Source of the DNA: Cyanobium sp. ELA507
Lineage (GTDB): Bacteria; Cyanobacteriota; Cyanobacteriia; PCC-6307; Cyanobiaceae
Length of the DNA stretch: 33,009 bases
Direction of reading: 5' to 3'
Assembly (NCBI GenBank): GCA_037133235.1
Contig: JBAXOO010000001.1
Coordinates: forward strand, 1-33,009
Shown here: positions 27,678-33,009 of the stretch, piece by piece
How positions within the stretch are numbered: position 1 is the stretch's first letter
How the letters are laid out: each line of letters begins with the position of its first letter
Translations under genes and position numbers: made by a program
Notes under the pieces: generated by a model
Database searches by the model: none
What the model was told of the DNA's origin: nothing
What the model saw: only the letters and a program-made list of their open reading frames with translations

Positions 27678-29168
27678 GTGACCTCCGATCCCCTGCGGTC
27701 CCCCCTCCCCGGGGATCTCGAGGCCGTCCACCGCTGGCTGGAGGAATCCAATCCGGAGCTCTATCGCCAGCTCGCCCTGTACCTGCAGGTGCTCAGGGAG
27801 GTGCTTGCCCGGAGCGTGGACCAGGCCTGTTTTCATCTGGCGACCCAGCTGCACCCCAGCCGTTACGCCGCCCTCTCGCTGCAGCGCCGCCAAGAGCTCC
27901 ATCGGCGCCTTAGCGAGCTGGTCCATCGTTGCGCCAGCCTGCTCACGGTGGAACAGCTGGCCACCTTGGCCGCCCAGATGGCTAATGAGCGCCAAAGGCA
28001 GCGGCGGGAGCGCCAGCGAACTCTGTTGCAGCGGCTCACCGGTGAGACAACCCAAGGAACGCCGCCAGGGTCTCTTGAGCCACGCTCTGCGCTGGATGCT
28101 TCCGATCCCGATGGCCTGATCCGCGGACCTGACCCCTTGCCTCCGGGTTCGGTCCAACTGGGACTGGACCTTCCCCTGCGTGGCGATCTGCTCGGTTGGG
28201 CGCAGGTTGCCCCGACTTCTTTTCTGGACGATTCCCCTGGGGCCGATCGCTTGGATCCCGATGGGCCAGACCCGTCCGATTCCGATCTGGAGGGTCCGTT
28301 TGACGACGAGCTGGCGGCCGGGCTGGCTTCAGGGCTGCTGGGAGACCTCGACGTCGATCTGGATCTGGATCTGATTCTCGATCCCGGCGAGCCCCTCCAG
28401 TCCACTGATCAGGGAGCTCACTTCAAGCAGGCCGAGCCCAGTTTTTTTGCGGAACTCGACCAGGATTCAGAACCTTCTGGCCCCCATCGGACCGAGGATC
28501 ATCCCGATCCCGCTCCAGGATCCCTCAGCAGCGACTCCGACGCCGCCGTGGTTCCCTGGTCGTTCCTAAACGCAGCCGGATCCGCCGGAGGCTTCACCCT
28601 GGGAGGCCCAGACTTAGAGCCCCCGCAGGACAACGCCGGTGCTTCCCTTGCCGTTGATCCGGATCCATGGGGGCACCCAAAGCCAGCAGAGGGGCTCCTG
28701 CCCCGCAATCCCCTGGCCCTGCAGGCCTGGCTCGAGGGTTACGACCGGGCCCTGGCCCGGCGACTGCGCAACCTCTCCCATGCCCTCAACGTGGAGCTGC
28801 TGCGTTCCGGCCTGATCTCGGCCCTGCTGCCTACCAGCCTGCTGGATGCGGTGCTGGATGGGCAGATTGATCCCCAGGGCGCCCCGCCCAACCTGCTGCA
28901 GCTTCAGCTGCCGATGCCGATGCCCGGCCTCGAGTCACCGCTGCAGGCCACAGTTCTGCTCCTGCGCTGTGGTGACCTGGAGCTCGAGCAACCCAGGCTC
29001 CGTACGGTGCGCCGCGAGCTGCAACGGCGCCGCCAGGAGGGTCGCAGAATGGCCCAGCATTACCGCCGCCTCCAGCGGCGGCTCCAGGGGCGCGAGGCCG
29101 AAGCGTTGTGGCTGCAGGACATCCGCACGAGGCAGCAGGGCCAAGCCCCATCGCCGGAGCAGCCCTAA
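27678..29168 (+). CDS. Hypothetical protein with helical N- and C-domains and an acidic low-complexity middle
   Basis: 496-aa ORF filling the tsf-recG gap, with a coiled-coil-like C-terminus ending EAEALW. Confidence 0.7.
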   Translation: MTSDPLRSPLPGDLEAVHRWLEESNPELYRQLALYLQVLREVLARSVDQACFHLATQLHPSRYAALSLQRRQELHRRLSELVHRCASLLTVEQLATLAAQMANERQRQRRERQRTLLQRLTGETTQGTPPGSLEPRSALDASDPDGLIRGPDPLPPGSVQLGLDLPLRGDLLGWAQVAPTSFLDDSPGADRLDPDGPDPSDSDLEGPFDDELAAGLASGLLGDLDVDLDLDLILDPGEPLQSTDQGAHFKQAEPSFFAELDQDSEPSGPHRTEDHPDPAPGSLSSDSDAAVVPWSFLNAAGSAGGFTLGGPDLEPPQDNAGASLAVDPDPWGHPKPAEGLLPRNPLALQAWLEGYDRALARRLRNLSHALNVELLRSGLISALLPTSLLDAVLDGQIDPQGAPPNLLQLQLPMPMPGLESPLQATVLLLRCGDLELEQPRLRTVRRELQRRRQEGRRMAQHYRRLQRRLQGREAEALWLQDIRTRQQGQAPSPEQP

Positions 29169-29179
29169 ATCCCCAGTCG

Positions 29180-31693
29180 GTGAAGCCCCTCCTGGCTGCA
29201 ACCGATCCCCTGCCGGCCTACGAGGCCTGGAGTACTCCGATTCAGCAGGCCTGTCGCCTCGAAGCTGAACGGGGTTTCGGTGACCTTTTGGGCCGACAGG
29301 AGACCTTCTCCAGTTTTCTGGCCCGCACCCTCCAGCAGCCGCCGCCGGACCTGCCCCCAGCGGCGATCGCCAACCTCACCTCCTTGGCCGAGGCCTACGC
29401 CGGCTACGGCGAGCTCTCCCTAGGCCGGCGCCAGCAACTGGTGCGCCAGCTGCGCCAGGCCCTGCATCAGTGGCGGGTGGCTTTACGCCCCCCCATCGCG
29501 GTGGCCCCCCCGCGGCTGCGGCTGCTGGAGCCGCCGCCCGCAGCCGTTCCATCCGGCTCGATCGGTTCGGTTGCGGGGGCTCCCGTGCTCCCTTCCACCC
29601 CCCTTGGGAAGGTGCGCGGCATCGGCCCCCGCACCGCCACGCGGTTGGCGGGCCTTGGCCTGCTGCTGGTGGCTGACCTGCTGCGCCATTACCCGCGCGA
29701 TTACCTCGATTACGCCAACCTCGTGCGCATTGCGGCGCTCGAACCTGGGCGCACCGCCACGGTGGTCGGCACCGTGCGGCGCAGCCATGCCTTCGCCAGC
29801 CCCCGCAACCCCAACCTCTCGATCCTGGAGATCCATCTGCACGATGTCACCGGCAGGTTGCGGGTCAGCCGCTTCTTCGCCGGCCGCCGCTTCACCACCC
29901 CAGCCTGGCTGAAGAGCCAGCAACGCCTGTTTCCCCCCGGTGCCACGGTGGCTGTGAGTGGTCTGGTGAAGGAGAGCCCCTACGGTCCTGCCTTCTCTGA
30001 TCCCCTGATGGAGGTGTTGGATAGCGCGGGTGCCCCGGTGCGCTCTGAGGCAATTGGCCGCTTGTTGCCGGTGTATGGCCTCACCGAAGGCCTCACCGCC
30101 GACACCCTACGCAAGGCCATCCAAACCCTGTTGCCCTCCCTAGAGGACTGGAGCGATCCGCTCCCGGAGCTTCTGCGGCAGCGCCTGGGCCTGCTACGGC
30201 TCAACAAGGCCCTGCAGGCCATCCACCAACCAACCGATCAAGCGGCGCTGCAGGCCAGCCGCCGCCGGCTGGTGTTTGACGAGTTTCTGCTGCTCCAGCT
30301 CAGCCTGGCCCAGCGCCGTCACCAGCTGCGGCAGCGGCCAGCCTTGCCCCTGGATCCCTTGCCGGGTGGGCTGGAGTTGGTGAGCCAATTGCGCTCCATC
30401 CTTCCCTTTCCGTTCACCGGAGCCCAGGATCGGGTGCTGGCCGAAATCCGCCACGATCTGCGGCGCCCCCAGCCGATGGCACGCCTGCTGCAGGGGGATG
30501 TGGGCAGCGGCAAGACCGTGGTGGCCCTCGCGGCTCTACTCTGCGCGATTGAGGCTGGATGCCAGGGGGCCTTGATGGCCCCCACCGAGGTTCTGGCGGA
30601 ACAGCACTTCGCCAAGCTGGCCCACTGGCTGCCCCAATTGCATGTGAGCTGCGGCCTCCTCACCGGGTCCACCCCGGCCAAGCGGCGCCGCGAACTGCTG
30701 CAGGACCTGGTCAATGGCCAGTTGCAGATCCTGATTGGCACCCATGCGCTTCTGGAGGATCCGGTGCAGTTCGCCCGACTCGGCCTGGTGGTGGTGGATG
30801 AGCAGCACCGCTTTGGCGTACGCCAGCGCAACCGCCTGCTCGCCAAGGGGCTCCAGCCCCACCTGCTCACCATGACGGCCACGCCCATTCCCCGCACCCT
30901 GGCGCTTTCGGTCCATGGCGATCTGGATGTGAGCCAGATCGATGAGCTCCCCCCGGGCCGCACGCCGATCCGCACCCGGCTGCTGCGGGCCGGCGAGAGG
31001 GATCAGGCCTGGGAGCTGGTGCGCCAGCAGGTGGCCCTCGACCAGCGGGCCTACGTGGTGCTGCCGCTGGTGGAGGAGAGCGAAAAATTAGATCTGCGCT
31101 CGGCTGTCGAGGTGCACCGCCATCTGGCCGAGGAGGTGTTCGCCGATCTCACGGTGGGCCTGTTGCATGGCCGCCTCTCCAGCGAGGCCAAGCAGGCGGC
31201 GATCGGCGCTTTTGCCCGCGGCGAAAGCCAGGTGCTGGTGAGCACCACGGTGGTGGAGGTGGGGGTGGATGTGCCGGAGGCCAGCGTGATGGTGATTGAG
31301 CACGCCGAACGCTTTGGCCTGGCCCAGCTGCACCAGTTGCGAGGCAGGGTCGGCCGGGGGGCGGCGGCCTCCCACTGCCTGTTGCTGCATGGCGGCAACA
31401 ACGCCCAGGCCCGCCAGCGGCTTGAAGTGCTGGTGCGCAGCACCGATGGCTTCGAGATTGCCGAGATGGACCTGCGCCTGCGCGGCCCTGGCCAGGTGCT
31501 GGGCACGAAGCAATCGGGGCTGCCGGATCTGGCTTTAGCCAGCCTCACCGACGACGCCGATTTGCTGGAACTGGCCCGGCAAGAGGCCCAAACCATCGTG
31601 CAGCAGGATCCTGGTCTTGATGCCCATCCTGGTTTGCGCCAGGCGCTTCTCGATCAGCGCCAGCGGCAGCTGGAAGCGGCCCGCCTGAACTGA
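29180..31693 (+). CDS. recG: ATP-dependent DNA helicase RecG
   Basis: RLLQGDVGSGKT, MAPTEVLAEQH, DEQHRFG, MTATPIPRTL, QLRGRVGRG, DGFEIAEMDLRLRGPG. Probable GTG start at 29180. Confidence 0.98.
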   Translation: MKPLLAATDPLPAYEAWSTPIQQACRLEAERGFGDLLGRQETFSSFLARTLQQPPPDLPPAAIANLTSLAEAYAGYGELSLGRRQQLVRQLRQALHQWRVALRPPIAVAPPRLRLLEPPPAAVPSGSIGSVAGAPVLPSTPLGKVRGIGPRTATRLAGLGLLLVADLLRHYPRDYLDYANLVRIAALEPGRTATVVGTVRRSHAFASPRNPNLSILEIHLHDVTGRLRVSRFFAGRRFTTPAWLKSQQRLFPPGATVAVSGLVKESPYGPAFSDPLMEVLDSAGAPVRSEAIGRLLPVYGLTEGLTADTLRKAIQTLLPSLEDWSDPLPELLRQRLGLLRLNKALQAIHQPTDQAALQASRRRLVFDEFLLLQLSLAQRRHQLRQRPALPLDPLPGGLELVSQLRSILPFPFTGAQDRVLAEIRHDLRRPQPMARLLQGDVGSGKTVVALAALLCAIEAGCQGALMAPTEVLAEQHFAKLAHWLPQLHVSCGLLTGSTPAKRRRELLQDLVNGQLQILIGTHALLEDPVQFARLGLVVVDEQHRFGVRQRNRLLAKGLQPHLLTMTATPIPRTLALSVHGDLDVSQIDELPPGRTPIRTRLLRAGERDQAWELVRQQVALDQRAYVVLPLVEESEKLDLRSAVEVHRHLAEEVFADLTVGLLHGRLSSEAKQAAIGAFARGESQVLVSTTVVEVGVDVPEASVMVIEHAERFGLAQLHQLRGRVGRGAAASHCLLLHGGNNAQARQRLEVLVRSTDGFEIAEMDLRLRGPGQVLGTKQSGLPDLALASLTDDADLLELARQEAQTIVQQDPGLDAHPGLRQALLDQRQRQLEAARLN

Positions 31694-31759
31694 TTCCACC
31701 CAACTCTGCCCACGGCCATGCCGTAGCAGGCTGGGGCCTATTCCTGCCCAGCCCCCGCC

Positions 31760-32470
31760 ATGGCCAGCCCCAGACCCTGGAGTCCGATCCCGATCCAGGA
31801 GTGCGGGGAACCGCTGCAGGCCTTGCCCGACCCCTTGCTGCGGCTCGAGCCCCACCCCTATGCCCTCCTCGGAGCTCCCTATGGGCCCGGGGCCAGTCCG
31901 TTTCGGTTGCGCAGCGGCGTGATCACGCGGCTGCTGGCGGCTGAAGCCAGCCTGCGCCAGGGACCGGAGGGCTGGCGGCTCGCCATCTTTGATGGTTGGC
32001 GCCCGGTGGCGGTGCAGCGCTTCATGGTGGCGCATGCCACCGCCGAGGAATGCCGGGCTCGGGGCCTCGATCCCGCCGCCCCTGGCCCCGCCCTTGTGGA
32101 GGTGGAGGCCGCCGTGGCCCGTTTTTGGGCGCCCCCCAGCCTGGATCCGGCCACACCACCTCCCCACAGCACCGGTGCCGCCGTCGACCTCACGCTTGCC
32201 GATGCCTGCGGCCAACCCCTGGCCATGGGCGGCGCCATCGATGCGATCGGTCCAATCTCCGAACCCCACCACTACGCCGCCGCGGCCGCCCATGAACCAG
32301 GCTCCGAAGCCGCGGAATGGCACCGGCGCCGCCAGCGGCTGGAGGCTGTCATGGCCGCCGCCGGGTTTGCCCGCCACCCCAATGAGTGGTGGCATTTCAG
32401 CCACGGCGACCAGCTGTGGGCCTGGAGTTCAGGCCAGGCCAGCGCCAGCTATGGCCGCGCGCCCGAATAG
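31760..32470 (+). CDS. ddpX: D-Ala-D-Ala dipeptidase (M15, VanX/DdpX-like)
   Basis: IFDGWRP, PHSTGAAVDLTL and EWWHFS zinc motifs. Confidence 0.88.
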   Translation: MASPRPWSPIPIQECGEPLQALPDPLLRLEPHPYALLGAPYGPGASPFRLRSGVITRLLAAEASLRQGPEGWRLAIFDGWRPVAVQRFMVAHATAEECRARGLDPAAPGPALVEVEAAVARFWAPPSLDPATPPPHSTGAAVDLTLADACGQPLAMGGAIDAIGPISEPHHYAAAAAHEPGSEAAEWHRRRQRLEAVMAAAGFARHPNEWWHFSHGDQLWAWSSGQASASYGRAPE

Positions 32471-32487
32471 AGGGCTGGCGATCGGGC

Positions 32488-33009
32488 TCAGTGCGCCACC
32501 TGCAGCATGGCGGCCACGGTCTCGTCGCCGAGATCACCCACAAAGGCCCCCAAGCTCTTGCGGCCACCCCGGTCGCGCCAGGCGCAGAGCAGGGGTTCGA
32601 GGGTGGTCTCGAGCTTCTCCAGCGGCAACCGCTGCAGGAAGGGCCGCGCCAGCTCGGTCAGCCCTGGGGTGCCGCCAAGCCAGAGCTGGTATTCGTCCAC
32701 GCCGCTCCCCACCAGGCCGATTTCGGCCATGTAGGGGCGGGCGCAGCCATTGGGGCAGCCCGTCATCCGCACCAGAACGGGCCGATCAATGCCCAGGTTG
32801 GCCAGTTGGGCCTCCAGCCGAGCCACCACATCCGGCAGGATCCGCTCCGCTTCGGTGATCGCCAGGCCGCAGGTGGGCAGGGCGGGGCAGGCGATCGCAT
32901 GGCGGGCCAGGGGGGTTGTTTCCTCGGGTGACTCAAAACCGATCGCGGCCAGTTCGCGCTTGAGGCTGCTGCGCTGGGGTGCACCGATGTTGCAGAGCAG
33001 CAGGTCCTG
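32488..33009 (-). CDS. sir: Ferredoxin-sulfite reductase, C-terminal part (5' end outside the window)
   Basis: The frame is open to the window end and carries ACPALPTCGLAITEAER and RMTGCPNGCARPY, the siroheme/4Fe-4S cysteines. Confidence 0.92.
   Translation of the reverse strand, partial: QDLLLCNIGAPQRSSLKRELAAIGFESPEETTPLARHAIACPALPTCGLAITEAERILPDVVARLEAQLANLGIDRPVLVRMTGCPNGCARPYMAEIGLVGSGVDEYQLWLGGTPGLTELARPFLQRLPLEKLETTLEPLLCAWRDRGGRKSLGAFVGDLGDETVAAMLQVAH

Overview
A GC-rich stretch of core genome from a picocyanobacterium (Cyanobium/Synechococcus type), inferred from psb28, gun4, apcF, pcyA, sipA, NtcA boxes and the short EF-Ts. Gene order: secF (5' truncated), small membrane ORF, psb28 plus two AI-2E transporters, gun4, pmgA-like ATPase, two small hypotheticals, SAM methyltransferase, a small unknown gene convergent with glnA, glnA, apcF, alanine-glyoxylate aminotransferase, tadA, PLP decarboxylase, bioY-lspA-FHA/PBP1A-YcjF GTPase, sipA, an M16 peptidase pair, pcyA-devBCA, a 51-aa basic ORF, GT2, rpsB-tsf, a hypothetical, recG, D-Ala-D-Ala dipeptidase and sir (5' truncated). 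I see no mobile element, CRISPR array, tRNA or rRNA. The best candidate for an undescribed system is around glnA. glnA has an activator-geometry NtcA promoter, while a small Arg-rich, internally repeated protein gene facing it tail-to-tail has a perfect NtcA box in non-activator geometry. That layout resembles the glnA/gifA glutamine-synthetase inactivation circuit. Other leads are the 51-aa basic ORF missing from the ORF track, a pseudoknotted rpsB leader, and two dual-coding overlaps. All calls are by-eye motif recognition; no searches were run.
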